DNA of 64,000 nucleotides, from the NCBI GenBank assembly GCA_024137785.1, contig JAHRHZ010000139.1, positions 47,128,652 through 47,192,651 on the forward strand, in the 5' to 3' direction. Position numbers and translations under genes: made by a program. This document shows, one piece after another, positions 24,401 through 36,966 of the stretch (the stretch's first letter is position 1; each line of letters starts with the position of its first letter). The stretch is from Ginglymostoma cirratum (lineage: Eukaryota). Below the pieces are notes generated by a model that saw nothing but the letters and a program-made list of their open reading frames with translations, was not told the origin of the DNA and did no database searches.

Positions 24401-25627
24401 CAGTTCCTTGTTTGAGATCTCTGCTCATAAATTAAAGCTACCTGAGAACTACTTAGGGGCAGTCCCTAACTGCGGAATATTCATATTGTGCTGTACTCTA
24501 GGCTATACAGAAGATATTGAATAATGTGAATCAAGCAGGTCTTAAGATCATAAGTGCAATAAAATATCATCTCTATGTAATTAATGCCTTCAGAGCTTTT
24601 TCATACTCTCTAAAATTACTCGTACGTCCTTTTTAATTAGCTCGTCAGTAATATAATCTGTAATACAAGTACTTTGTAATATACAGGAACTGCTCGAAAT
24701 TTTAACATGATTGTCTGTTCATATTTGTAGTTCTGCTCTTCTTGGCTGTGCCTCTCTGACTTTTTGTTAAGGATTTGTCCACTGAGGCACTTGTTCCCTT
24801 CCCTTCCATTCGAAACTGTGAATCCACATGTAATCAGGCGTCTCATCAAACAGTCGACACTCTGTGCCTTTGGTTATTGCCCATGTTTGATCAGCTTTTT
24901 TTGTTTTCATTTGTGCTTGACCTCTTCACTGTCAAGCTGCTCGTTTCCTCCCCCCATCACAATCCCAGGTTGAAACATGAGTCAATTCATTGAAGTATTG
25001 CGAGGGGCCCAAATCAGAGTCACCAGAAACAAACTCTTATGACGGAGGCTCCAGCACACTGCCCTGCCTTGCCCTCTACAGCCTGTCCATGCTTTCAGCC
25101 TGTTAGCTACTAGGTTGTCTTTGAGGACACTTTTTCTCCCCCACCAAATCTAAATCCCGATGGTCAACTTTCTCGGTGCTGCCCTTGCAGTTGCCTGCAC
25201 CTTTGTTGTTTCGAAGCAGCCAGCACGCTTATGCCTGCAGTGTTCACTTCTGTCATCCCAGGGTTAGTCAGTGTGCAGTCGACCTGAAAGAATGGCTCTC
25301 TCCCCTCCCAGCAGCTCTCTCCCCCCCCACCCCACCCCCCCAACGCACACACGCGCGCGCACACAGACCAGCTTCCATCGCTAACCTTGGCTTTAGTGTC
25401 ACCAAGTTTTTCATTGAGTAGATTGTGATGAGAAAGGACTCTGTTTTAAAGTAAGAATGGTAATTTACTCAATAGACTTGTTCACAGCTCAAAGGCAAGA
25501 GAAAATCTCAACTTCATATAACCACAGATTGTAATTAAGGAATAATTAAAGTAGACAATTAAGTTAGTGGGATACAGGGAAGTGGTGTACAGGATGTTAA
25601 AAGATGGGATATGGAATTTATTGCTGT

Positions 25628-25700
25628 GCCTTCTTAGCACAGTAGGCAACATGTTAGTCTCATAATCTGAAGGCCCTGAGTTCAATCCTCAGAGAACGCA
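25628..25700 (+). pseudogene. elongator tRNA-Met(CAT) copy, CpG-decayed (probable pseudogene)
   Basis: 73 nt, GCCTTCTTAGCACAGTAGGCAACATGTTAGTCTCATAATCTGAAGGCCCTGAGTTCAATCCTCAGAGAACGCA. Anticodon CAT at 25661-25663 (position 34), colinear with vertebrate tRNA-Met-e, with a C:C mismatch in the acceptor stem. Confidence 0.85.
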
Positions 25701-25711
25701 AGCTTGCAAAA

Positions 25712-26041
25712 GGGGCAGCACAGTGGCTCAGTGGTTAGCACTGCTGTCTCACAGTGCCAGGGACCCGGGTTCGATTCCACCCTCGGGCGACAGTCTGTTT
25801 GGAGTTTGCATGTTCTCCCCGTGTCTGCGTGGGTTCCCTCTGGGTGCTCCAGTTTCCTCCCACACTCCAAAGATGTGCAGGCTAAGTGGATTGGCCATGC
25901 TAAATTGCCCATAGTCTGCAGGGATGTGTAGATTAGGTGGGTTGTAGGGGGATGGGTCTGGGTGGGATGCTCCAAAGTTCGATGTGGACTTTTTGGGCCA
26001 AGGCCCTGTTTCCACACTTCAGGGATTCTATGATTCTATGA
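25712..26041 (+). mobile_element. HE1-type (V-SINE) elasmobranch SINE, full length
   Basis: tRNA head with A box TGGCTCAGTGG and B box GGTTCGATTCC, V-domain GGAGTTTGCATGTTCTCCCCGTGTCTGCGTGGGTT, and a CR1-like tail ending in (GATTCTAT)n. Confidence 0.9.
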
Positions 26042-26509
26042 AAATGATCAAAAAAAAATGAACTGATACATTACAAACTGTGGAGTACACATTGTAGATT
26101 TCTTCATTTAAGTACTCCATTATGGACCTGAACCATATTATGAGTAAGGCTACATCAGTGTCTATGTGCTGCAGGATCGGACTCTGGGAACACACAACCG
26201 CATGGTGTTCGTTCTCTCCACTACCCACCTAAATCTCTGTGCCTGACTCCATTCTTCTGGGGCTGTTTATCCAAGGGCTGAACCAGATGTGATTCACCAT
26301 CAGAATCCTCGTCAGTCCTGAGTTCACCTTTAACCCCTCTTTCGTTCCAGCCACTGGAAATGTTTACTTCAACTTCAGAAACACGGTCCAATTCTATCCC
26401 TTACCCCTCAACCCTCTTTACCATCAAGAACATTCAACACTCTGCCTGTTAAGCCCAAACTTGACTTCTGTAGCAATTGCTTCCCAAAGATCCCATCTGG
26501 AATATCACG

Positions 26510-27480
26510 AAGTAGGTTGGTTATGGTTATTGAAGGCCAGTTACCTCCACTTCAAGACATTTTGGCTGATGGGTGTCCCTCAGGGAAAAATCCTGGGCCA
26601 AGCTGACTTCACCTAAGCTGGCGAGAGGCAGGTTTCCTGAAGTGAGCTGATGATTGCAGAATGTTCAGTGCTATTTGTGACTCCTCAGACATTGAAACAG
26701 CCTATACCCCTGTGCAACATGGAGGTAATATTTGGGCCTGAGCTGGTACCTAGCAATTAACATTCACGTCACACAAGTGCCAGGCAATGATCATCTCCAG
26801 CAAGGCAGAATCAGTCTATCTCGCCATGACATTCAATGGCATTACTATCACTGTCAACATCCTAGGAGCTAGCACTGACCTGAAGTTGAAGTGGACTAGC
26901 CGTATCAATACCAGTTCTACAACAGCAGTTCAGAGGCTGGCAGTTTAGAGCTGAGTAACCCACCTTCTGACTGCCCAAAGCCTTTCCACCATCCTCAAGG
27001 TTAAAGTCAGGAAGGAGATCAAACACTCTCCACTTGCCTGGTTGTGTGCAGCTCCAACAACTTCCAAGAAGCTTGATGCAATCCAACATACGTAGCCAGT
27101 TTTATTGGCACCACATCTGTATTCACACCCTTTATGTTGTAGCAGCAACATATACCATTTTCAATTTGTAGTGCCGGAATTCACCAATTCCTCCTTCAGT
27201 AGCATCTTCCAAGTTTGTGACGTTGACCATTGAGAAGGACATGCACAGCAGTTATATCTAAGCACTACCACCTACATGTTGCACAGAATAGTAAGTTCAA
27301 ACTATGTCACCATTCCTTCACTGTTTTAGGTTAAAGGTCCTGGTGCTCGCTTGCCAATGACATTGTGCATAGACTGCACTGGGCCAGAAAGACAGCTCAC
27401 TGTCAGCTTCTCAAATGCAATTAGGGACTGGCAAGAAATAGCAGTGAGGCCATCGTCCCATGAGTGTATAAAAGCATATC
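26510..27480 (+). mobile_element. CR1/L2-clade LINE RT 3' fragment, old
   Basis: Degenerate GVPQG and ADD motifs (GTCCCTCAGGG, GCTGATGAT); shares sequence with 37960-38370; tail GCAATTAGGGACTGGCAAG...CCCATGAG. Confidence 0.7.
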
Positions 27481-27632
27481 CAAAACCCCACTTCATGCAC
27501 CATTTAGTCTGTCCCATCACTCCATCCCCCAATAAAGCAGATGTAAATGCCTTGCTTGGTTCTACAAATCCACCATGGCTTTGACCCACCCAACATCAGC
27601 AAACCTCCATTCCCCAAATCCTCATCCTCGGT

Positions 27633-28231
27633 GAGTTCTGAATGTTTTGGCAAATATTAACAAAGGTAAAGCAATTGGTGAGTCAATATTCACTCCAGAT
27701 ATCTGGATCATCCACTTGCTGGTGACCTTTTGTCCTAACCTTGCGTTGCCAAATCCCTCAAATTTAGTGGAAGACCCCTCCCTCTGCCCAATTTGGGTTG
27801 TTTGACATTGGATTTCAGACTATGGACCCAGCTTTGACTCAGATCTGACCTGGAACGAAGAGTAAGACTCTACATTTTGTGGTTAAATCCATCAGAACCA
27901 GGAGTAATTTGCCCCAAATGTTCCTATCTGAATATCTCCAGTATCTTTATTGGGTAATCAGGAATTACTTTCCCACTTCAGACAAAAGATGGATTTATGT
28001 TACTTTCAACCTAAGTGTGTACATATTGCTTGCAGTTTGACCCCAGCGTAGAAAAGGTGAAGCGTGTATTCTGATTCCTCATCAGAATTCAGCTCAGGAA
28101 GTGGGGTCTTCACCATTAAATAAACCAAAGTGAAGTGTAGCTGTCATAGTTGGATGATCTGGCGATTTGATCTGAATATCTTTTTACCTTTGGTTTACTT
28201 TCGTTAATATTTGCCAAAATGTTCAGCCCTC
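27633..28231. mobile_element. MITE-like element with ~80-bp imperfect terminal inverted repeats
   Basis: 27633-27714 (CTGAATGTTTTGGCAAATATTAACAAAGGTAAA...GATCATCCA) is the reverse complement of 28151-28231 (TGGATGATC...TTTACTTTCGTTAATATTTGCCAAAATGTTCAG). Confidence 0.6.
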
Positions 28232-29004
28232 CTCTCTCCTTTAGTTCGCTGCAGGGTTGGGTATCTGATAATTATTACATTCCGAAGTGTCTCTTGCTTA
28301 AAGACTGTAAGTTTTTTTTTACCGTAATACAGTACAGTGGCCTTGTTGGGAGTAATTTAGTTCATGGTTGCAGCTTTCTCAGGCAGGAGTATTAGCACCT
28401 GGTGATATGGGCAGTTGGGGGCAACTGTCAGAGCACCAGCTTCCTGTATGCTCTAATAACGAAGCTGCCCCATTGTAACAAACTCTATTTACCACAGTTT
28501 TCTAGAAGAGCTTAGAAATTAAAGGAGAAGGTTAGCGATTGTCAGTAGTTATCAAAAGCCTGAAGGCACCCCTTCAAACAACTGAATGTTACTTCTCTGG
28601 AGATAGCTAAGTATAGTGGTCAGCCTGGAGGACTCTCCAGTGAATGGTGGCCCATCATGGGGAGGGTGGGGATGTGACTGACTGAATAAGACAGAAGGTT
28701 GACCTTGTTGCAGCCCGTTATGAGCAGGCATTGTGGTTCAGAAACCCTGACTCCCATATGTTTTGCACGGAACTCTTTGTGGACTACGCTGTTTGCTTCC
28801 CCAGGAAGCAAATTTACTTTGTTGTTTTGAAATACTATTTTTCACACGCGATGAAAGATGAGTGTGACTGAATAGCTTATCCTTTACACATGACACCATT
28901 AAAGGTGTCCAACCTGGTAACCAGCTTTGGATGAGGATTGTTCCTAATCCATTATTGGTGGATCTGAAATCTTTTCAGTGCCCACAATTCAAGTTTGATG
29001 TTAA

Positions 29005-29410
29005 TTGTGGCTTAGCTGGTGTTATCCTCACCTCTGTCCCAGATTGTCGTCTGTTCTAATCCCTAGACTTGATGTTTATCTGGTGTTGTACTGAGGGCAT
29101 GCTGCACTGCCAGCAATGCTATCTTTGGCTGGGGCATTAAACCAAGGCTTGGATGGTTGGAAGAGAACTCATGGCTCTGTGTTCAAGCAGAAACAGGGAA
29201 GTGTCCATGTGTTCTGTCTGATATGTGTCCCTCAGCCAACACCACCAGAGCAATCTGCCTGCTCACAATGTAACTGCTGTTTGTGAGATTTTGGTGTATG
29301 CAAGTTGGCTGCTATTTCCTCTATCTACAATGGGCACTATCCTTCAAAGGTGCTGGAGAAACTTACAACGCCCAGCAGTGGTGAAATCTGTATAAATGCA
29401 TTTCTTTATT
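29005..29410 (+). mobile_element. Deu-domain SINE
   Basis: TGGCTTAGCTGGT head, GCTGTTTGTGAGATTTTGGTGTATGCAAGTTGGCTGC core, TATAAATGCATTTC tail. Confidence 0.7.
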
Positions 29411-29691
29411 TATTGTGAGCTCTGCCAGTAGGGGCCCACAGTCTTTACCTATGGAGCTGAGAAAGAAAAATCTTGGACACCTCTACACCAGGCAGTTATT
29501 AAACACCGAGGGGTAGCTGGCTTGTTAGCACAGTGGATTGTTCTTAAAGTATTTGTATCTGATAATTTGTTTTTATATATAGTACAAATGGTGCACTTAA
29601 TGCTGGTGCTTGAGCTCTATAAATGAATACAGTTGCGATGTTTCTATTTCCCCATAATTCTTATTTTTGCACATATTGTCCTTTATAACAG

Positions 29692-29744
29692 TTAACCTTT
29701 GGACCATGTTTCAAGCCGCTCAAAATCTCGGAGGATATGAAGCG
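29692..29744 (+). CDS. ARID5B: ARID5B exon 7: (I)NLWTMFQAAQNLGGYEA
   Basis: Acceptor CTTTATAACAG, donor GCG|GTAAGT, 53 nt (phase 1 to 0). Too short for the ORF track; matches human INLWTMFQAAQKLGGYET. Confidence 0.96.
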
Positions 29745-30944
29745 GTAAGTCCAATATTCCCTTGCTAACGATTACCGCTCTGTAACTTTGCCCTTTTCAG
29801 CCTTGTCATTCAGAACCTTGTATAAATAAACAGCGGCTCTGACGAATTCTTAGAATGGCTGTAACCGTTCTGTATGTGTTTATAGAATCATTTTTTTTTT
29901 TGCACAGAGACTAGAGATTAGATCCAGATTTAGAATGGAGCAGATTTATTGTAAAATGCTATAAGTGGAAAACACATGTAACAGCTCCTCTGTCAAGGAA
30001 AAAAAGTGAGCTCTGTAATTTTTTCCCATGTTGCCTCTCAAAGGGGACAATTATAAAACCAAGCCAAAACTGGAGGAAGGAATTTTTAACTTGGCTGCTT
30101 GCTTTGCATCTGTTCATTTGTAATATGGGAAAGTATTAATGGCTGCAAAGTGAGTCAGTAATGGTTGTTAAAGAATTGGAAAGACCATTTGTCAATGGTT
30201 CCTTTGACAAGCTAATGTGGAATATTAAGACCCATCAGTATAATGAGGAAGGAAGTCCACTTCTTTTACATGTCTGGTCAGTCAATATGATTGAGTTACA
30301 GTCTGCGCATTACATAGCCCGTACTTTTTGACATACTGTTAAATGTCTGACAATAACTACTCGTACAGGAACAAGCTGCGTTTTATTTTTTTTTTAAAAA
30401 AGGCTTGACTTCTAACTCATCATTGCTCAGCCTGAGTTTGAAAGTTGTTGGGTCAAGTCCCTCTCCAGGAATTCAAGAACATAACCCAGACTGGCCCCTC
30501 CAACGCAATACTGAGGGAGTGCTGCATGGTCACAGGGTTGTCTTTTGGGTGACATAAGTTGCACTGTGCTAAAACCCATTTTCTCAATGCTGTTTTCATA
30601 CAGGGCTTTTATACAGAACTGGTTGCTGTGTGGCTGGGTTTCCCCATTTGTCAGAGGGTTTTTGTTTGTGATGGTGTAACGGTGTATGTTGTAGTTGTCT
30701 TTCAAGAATGCAATAAGTACATTAATTGGCAACTGTTGTGAATCACAGATGACTCATGAAAAAAAAGCTTTACAATGATCTAGCTATTCCACTCAATTCC
30801 ACTTATGACCGCACCTAGTGCAGAATCTTAGAAACAGTGTTCCAGGTGAATCAGGTGACCACGGGAAGTTCCTTGTGCAGCGGTCACCTGAATGTTAAGT
30901 CTCAGGCTGCCAATTAACACTAGGTTTTACTCTGATTGTAACAG

Positions 30945-31042
30945 ATCACTGCCCGTCGACAATGGAAGCAGATATATGATGAATTGGGCGGCAACCCTGG
31001 AAGTACCAGTGCAGCAACGTGCACTCGCAGGCATTATGAGAG
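30945..31042 (+). CDS. ARID5B: ARID5B exon 8: ITARRQWKQIYDELGGNPGSTSAATCTRRHYE(R)
   Basis: Acceptor TGTAACAG, donor AG|GTAGGA, 98 nt (phase 0 to 2); ARID helix-turn-helix with the GSTS loop. Confidence 0.97.
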
Positions 31043-31139
31043 GTAGGAATCGGATCAGCTTACACGTCACGCAGGCCTTCTTTCTGTTTGACTTTTTGTT
31101 GTAAAGTATATTGTGGGTTTCAGCACCTTCAACACCAGG

Positions 31140-31290
31140 AACGCTGGTTCACCTGGGAATCTGCTCTCAAGCACTGGTTTATCTGGAATACTGATTAACC
31201 TGGATCACTGGTTAATGCTGGGCATCTGATCGGCAGCCTAGTTAGTCGGTATTGCTGGTTAATCTGGAACTCTGGTTAATTCCGGGTGTC
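31140..31290. repeat. degenerate ~17-19-bp minisatellite (CTGGTTAATCTGGAA-like)
   Basis: Repeated CTGGTT(A/C/T)A(T/C)CTGG units; one more unit follows the adjacent CR1 at ~32750. Confidence 0.6.
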
Positions 31291-31304
31291 TGACTAGGAG
31301 TGGG

Positions 31305-32742
31305 TGACAGCCACAGATAAGGCACTGGAAGACTGGAAGGTGGCTAATGTGCCTTTATTTAAGAAAGGCTGCAAGGAAAAGCCAGGGAGCTGTAGACCAG
31401 TGAACATGATATTAGTGGTGGGTAAGCTATTGAAGAGGATTCTGAGGGACAGAGTTAACATGGATTTGGAAAGGCAAGGACTGACTAGGAAATAATGAAC
31501 ATGCTTTCGTGTGTGGGAAATTGTGTCTGACAAACTTGGTTGAGTTTTTTTTTTGAAGAGGTGACAAAGAAGATTGATATAGACAGAGCAGTAGATGTCT
31601 GTATGGACTTCTTCAAAGCGTTCGACAAGGTAGACTGGTGATAAGGTTAGATCGTGTGGGATCCAGGAGAGCTGGCAAATTGAATACAAAATTGGCTTGA
31701 AGGTTGGAGACAGGTGGTGATGGAGGGTTGCATTTCAGACTGGAGGCCTGTGACTCTTGGTGTACCACAAGATTCGGTGCTGGCTCCACTGTTTTGTGTC
31801 ATTTATACAAATGATTTGGATGTGAAATAAGAGGCATGGTTAGTAAGTTTGCAGATGGTACCAAAATAGTGTACTGAACAGTGAAGAAGATTATCCCAGG
31901 GTACAATGGGACCTTGATCAAATGGGCCATTGGGTGGCCGATGGAGATAATTTAGATAAATGTGAGGTGTTGTATTTTGGTAAGGCAAACCAGAGCAGGA
32001 CTTCTACAGTTAATGCTAGAGTCCTGGGGAATGTTGCCAAACAAAGGGACCTGGGGTGCCGGTGCATAGTTCCTTGAAAGTGGAGACACAGGTAGACAGG
32101 GAGATGTCGAAGATAGTTGGCATGCTTGCCTTTATTGGTCAGAATATTTGAGTATAGGAGTGGGGACGCCATGTTGTGGCTGTACAGGATGTTGAGGCCC
32201 CTTTAAGAATACTGCATTCTAAGTTCTGGTCTCTATACTGTTGGAAAGATGTTGTAAGCTTGAGCGGGCACAGAAAAGATTTACAAGAATGTTGCCAGGA
32301 CTGGAGGGTTCCAAGTTACAGGAAGAGGCTGAATAAGCTGGGGCTATTTTCCTTGGAGTGTCAGAGACTGAGTGGTGACCTTATTGAGGTTTATAAAATT
32401 GAGGGGCATGGGTAGGATGAATAGCTAAGGTCTTTTTCCTAGGGTGGGGTAGTCCAAAACTAGACGACATATGTTTAAGGTGATACAGGAAAGATTTAAA
32501 AAGGACCAGAGGAGTAACTCTTTCACATAGAGGGTGGTGCATGTATGGAACAAGTTGCCAGAGGAAATGGTGGAGTCTAGTACAATTACACCATTTTAAA
32601 AGGCACCTGGATGGGTACATGAATGGGAAAGGTTTAGAGGGATATGAGTGAAATACTGGTAAATAGGCCTATATCGGATTGGGATGTCTGGTCAGCATGC
32701 ATGAGTTGTACTGAGGGTCTGTTTCCATGCTGTATGACACAG
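31305..32742 (+). mobile_element. CR1 LINE, 5'-truncated and decayed
   Basis: EDWKVANVPLFKKGCKEKPGSCRPV, decayed RT (TTTGCAGATG), RLNKLGLFSLE, and tail GGGTCTGTTTCCATGCTGTATGAC. Confidence 0.92.
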
Positions 32743-34013
32743 TGGAGTGCTAGTTAATCTTGGGGTGGTAAATTTGAAAGGAGCATCTGGTTTTTGGAAA
32801 GCTTGATACAACACCCATTATTCCGAGTGCGTCTTCAGCATTTGGTACTGAGCTGAATTAATATCAGCCACCTCTTTGATTGTATTTGATTTTATTACTG
32901 CTTTTCTTCTGGCAAGCTGTCAGACTCTAAGATGATCTGCTCGTGGTGGAAGCTGATGGATTGGCCTGATTTAGGGATGTTTTTCTTGGGGGGGGGGGGG
33001 GGGGGCCCAAAAAAAAGCAGTGGCTGGCTCTGTGAAAGCTACTAATTCAGGCTGTGCTACAGCACTTTAAAATGATTAAATGGGGCAGTGGATTGTCGAG
33101 ATGAATTGTACTCAGTTTCAGAACATGCACCAAGCCCTCTGTTTATTTTCACGTGGCTTGTTTTGCATTCACTGCAGAATGAATTCATTTGATTTTTCTT
33201 TCTTGTGATGTGGTCTTTAATGCTGGATGGAAGCTTTTAGTTTAAGCAAAGCAGGAATAAATTAATGCTGATGATTTCACTAATGTCCCTTAGGCTTAAA
33301 CTGGTCCAAGCCTGTCTCTAGTTTGTTTTAATTCAAATCAGCTCTGATACTCTATAAGTAAATGGCTTAGTCAGCCTTAATTTGCTCAAAAGCTATCCAT
33401 CATTGTCAGAATATATTACAAATTACCAGCCACTTGGCTAAAGTTCTTCACTGCTCCAAATTTAATTAGTTGGATTCCTGATGATTAACTGTAAATCAGC
33501 ACTGATGAGGTGCTCTCAGTGAGATGCTGCTAAGAGTATGTTTAACGTTAATTTTATTCAGCCCTGTAATTAGGTTGTAAACATGGATCTGTTTGAGTTA
33601 ATATAAAAAAAGCACAAGTAGTACTGTTGCAAACTATTCAAGGGATCTGTAATAAGCAAATGGACTGCAGAGTGTTGCAAGATCTGAAGAGAAATCTCCT
33701 TTATTTGAATCATTAAGAGATCCATCAGCCTGAGGATTTAATGCTACAATTTCTACAATTTGTAGATAGGATAATTCTCTCTGCATGCCTAGAACTTGGC
33801 ATATGGTCCACCCTGTGTTGGCCAGTCTATCGATCTCCTCCTCTGAGTAATACAGAGGAGTTGGTTCAGATTTCAATGTATTGCCTGGGCCTTATATCAT
33901 CCAATTAACTGCAATGTTAGGTGGCCAGGTCTTTGTAGCAACATGGAACCTCCCTCAAAGAGTTATTCGAAGAGACCATGACAGACTGAAAAGAATGCTT
34001 TCAATTTGCTTCC

Positions 34014-34148
34014 ATTTCTGAAGAAGGGGCCCGACCTGAAATGTCAACTTTCCAGCCTCTCTGATGCTGCCTGGCCTGCTTTGTTCCTGCAGCTCCACAC
34101 TGTGTTATCTTTGACTTCAGCATCTGCAGCTCTTGCAATCACTTTCAA
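34014..34148 (+). mobile_element. Penelope-like terminal fragment with hammerhead core
   Basis: CTGAAGA(34018-34024)-AGGGGCCCGACCT-GAAAT-GTC, followed by the same body as the 9.55 kb and 38.55 kb copies. Confidence 0.7.
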
Positions 34149-34174
34149 CATGCAAAATCTGTTGTGATGAAACA

Positions 34175-34800
34175 ACTTGCCTTTATTGGTTAGTGCAGTG
34201 AGTTTAGGAATTGGGAGGTCATGTTGCAGCTGTACAGGACATTGGTCAGGCCACTTTTGGAATACTGCGTTCAATTCTGGTCTTCCTGCAAAAGGAAAGG
34301 TGTTGTGAAACTCAAAGATTCAGAAAGGATTTACAAGGGCCTTGCCAGGGTTGAAGGGTTTGAGCTACAGGGAGAGGCTGAATTAGCTGGGGCTATTTTC
34401 CCTGGAGCATCAGAGGCTGAGGGGTAACCTTATAGATGTTTATAAAATCATGAGGGACATGGATAGAGTGAATAGTCAAGGTCTTTTCTGCTGAGTGGGG
34501 GAGTCCAAAACTAGAGGGCATAGGTTTAGGGTGAGAGGGGAAAGATTTAAAAGAGACCTAAGGGGCAACTCGTTACACAGAGAATGGTGTGTGTATGGAA
34601 TGAGCTGCCAGAGAAAGTGGTGGAGGCTGGTACAATTGCAACATTTAAAAGGCATCAGGATGGATTTATGAATAGGAAGGGTTTAAAGGGATATGGGCCA
34701 GATGCTGGCAACTGGCGCTGGATTGATTTAGGATATCTGGCCAGCATGGACGAGTTGGACCGAAGGGTCTGTTTTCATTCTGTACAGCTCTAGGACTTTA
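34175..34800 (+). mobile_element. CR1 LINE 3' fragment
   Basis: MLQLYRTLVRPLLEYCVQFWS, VWNELPEKVVEAGTI, and tail GGACCGAAGGGTCTGTTT. Confidence 0.92.
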
Positions 34801-35314
34801 TAAGTGTGAACATTACTGGCAGCCAGGCTGTTGTGCACTACACTGCCAAGTTTGTAATGAATTTTTAAAAATATGTGGAAGTACGGAAGTAGGCGACTTG
34901 GCTCAATAAACCTGAGTGAAATGAGCCCGGCTGTCAGTTGTTACATGGCTTTACTTTGCAGACAGCTACTGAAACACACAGAAACTTATGGACTCAATTC
35001 AATCAGTTTGATTTGTCCTCATGTAAAAATACAAAATAATGAAGCCACTGCCTCTCTCCACATCACAGCCTTGTCTTGATTGAATCAAGATAATCTCTAA
35101 CTACCTTCTTAACATTCACAACCTGGGAGGAAGTCTGCACGAAAAGCTTTCTGGTCCCTATTTCATCATGTCAGTGTCCACAATCTGAGGAGTGAGCCAA
35201 TATCAGGTAGCCCCTGCTAAATGTCTGGCACGGTAGTGGCTGACTTGTTTTACAGAATAGACTGTACATGAACAGACAGATTGATGGTTTGTTTGGCCCA
35301 GCCAGCCCTTAAAG

Positions 35315-35550
35315 CTGCAGAGCAGGAGTAGACCACTCAACCCATTGAGCCTGCTCTGCTATTTAATTCGATCATCTCTGATATTGAATTTCAACTACTT
35401 CATCAGCTTTCCTGCCCGCTTCCCATGTCCCTTGATTTCCCTGAGAGACCAAATGTCTGTCCGTCTCAGCCTGAAATCTGTTCAATAGTGGAACACCCAC
35501 CTCCATCCTGGGTAGAGATTCCAAATACTCAGTTTCAGTCCTCAATGATC
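35315..35550 (-). mobile_element. CR1 3' tail fragment
   Basis: GAGCAGGAGTAGACCACTCAACCCATTGAGCCTGCTC is the reverse complement of a CR1 3' end. Confidence 0.6.
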
Positions 35551-36632
35551 TAAAGTGTTGTCCGAGTTACTGAGACAGGCTGACCAATCCACTATAGCCT
35601 TTGGGGAAAACTACTTCTGGGTCCAAGTCCTTAACATTTTAATCGACTTTCATCTCGGTGCCTTATTAAAACCAAACTTGTGTGAATAAGCTTTCCTTAA
35701 ATAGCAGAATCTGAGAAGTTGCTCCCCACCTGAACCTTTCTGTAGAAAAGTAGTCCCAGCATCTCCCCCATGACTGACAGGTGTTTATACTTTAAAATAA
35801 AATGCATCCATGGTCCGGGGCTCTCATCCCACGTTTACAAGCCTTAAAACTGGGAAGAATAAAACACGGTTTCTGTTCTCTGGCACTCGGAATGATGGTT
35901 TATAGGCTGTTGGCTTGTGGTTGAAAACCCAACCGGTTCATTAATGTCATTCGGGGAAGAGACCCTGATATTGCCACCCAGCTGGACCTACAGGTGACTT
36001 CAGTTTGCTGCTGTGCGGCTAATTCTTAATGCCGTTCTGAGCTGTTCTGTGAACTCACTCACTTATAAAGCAGTTGCCGTACTTTCAACTAGCAATGGGC
36101 AGTGAATCCCAACCTTGCCCACATCACCAGAACAGGTTCTTTTAAAATGAGTCCACAACAGTTTTCTGAAAAAAAAACTGGAATTGTTCAGTGATTGATG
36201 TTTCGCTTGTAGAAAATAATTAACTAGATGAAGAGACTAAATTGTTATTGCAATTTCCACCTAGAAGAAGGTATGTTTTTGCATCGCCCTGAACGGCCTG
36301 TTTTTTTGTTGTTGAGTCGTATTGCTTTTATATGTTGACATCAAGAGCACATTGGTACAAATACTCATCTATTCAGTGCTTTAACTATTTCCTCTCTCAT
36401 CCTGTGAGAAACTTTCACCAGAAGAAAGTAAAACTTGTTTCTGCAAGGTATAATCTTGAGGTAGCATCTGCCAAGGGTGTTTTAAGATAAAACTAATGAT
36501 TTCCTGCAGCAACTTCTTCAAGTTAGATTGACAAAGATTTTTTTCTTGGAAAGGATTCCAAGACTGACTAAAACAGAGGAAGAAAGTAAGTCAGCTCTAA
36601 AACATGAGCTAGGTGACTTTCTTGCCAATGTC

Positions 36633-36822
36633 AGAGCAAAACACTGCGGATGCTGGAAATATGAAACAAACGCAGAGAATGTTGGGGAAACTCAAGAGTT
36701 GGCAGCAAGTGTGATGAGAGAAATGGAGTTAACATTTCCAGTCTGTTTTGAGTCTTCTGGAACTGAAGAAGAGTAATTCTGTTCCTATCACCACAGATGC
36801 TGCCAGACCTGCTGAATTTCTC
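36633..36822. mobile_element. palindromic Penelope-like short element
   Basis: GCAAAACACTGCGGATGCTGGAAAT...TTGGCAGCA on the left arm, CTGAAGAAG at 36763, and the inverted arm CACAGATGCTGCCAGACCTGCTGAATTTCTC. Confidence 0.65.
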
Positions 36823-36966
36823 ATCAATGGACCACGTTAATGGATTAAGTAATGTGATTACCGGTTTTGTCAAAGAAAAATTTGCATACTTAGAGCTAAA
36901 TCATGAGAGATTGTCACTGCAACGAACCTCTGATTTTGAGTCACTGAAGAGACTTTTGTCATTGAT

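Noticed and set aside
25628-25700. Functional tRNA-Met gene
   Set aside because: Acceptor-stem mismatch, disrupted D-stem, CpG decay and no Pol III terminator; called a pseudogene instead.
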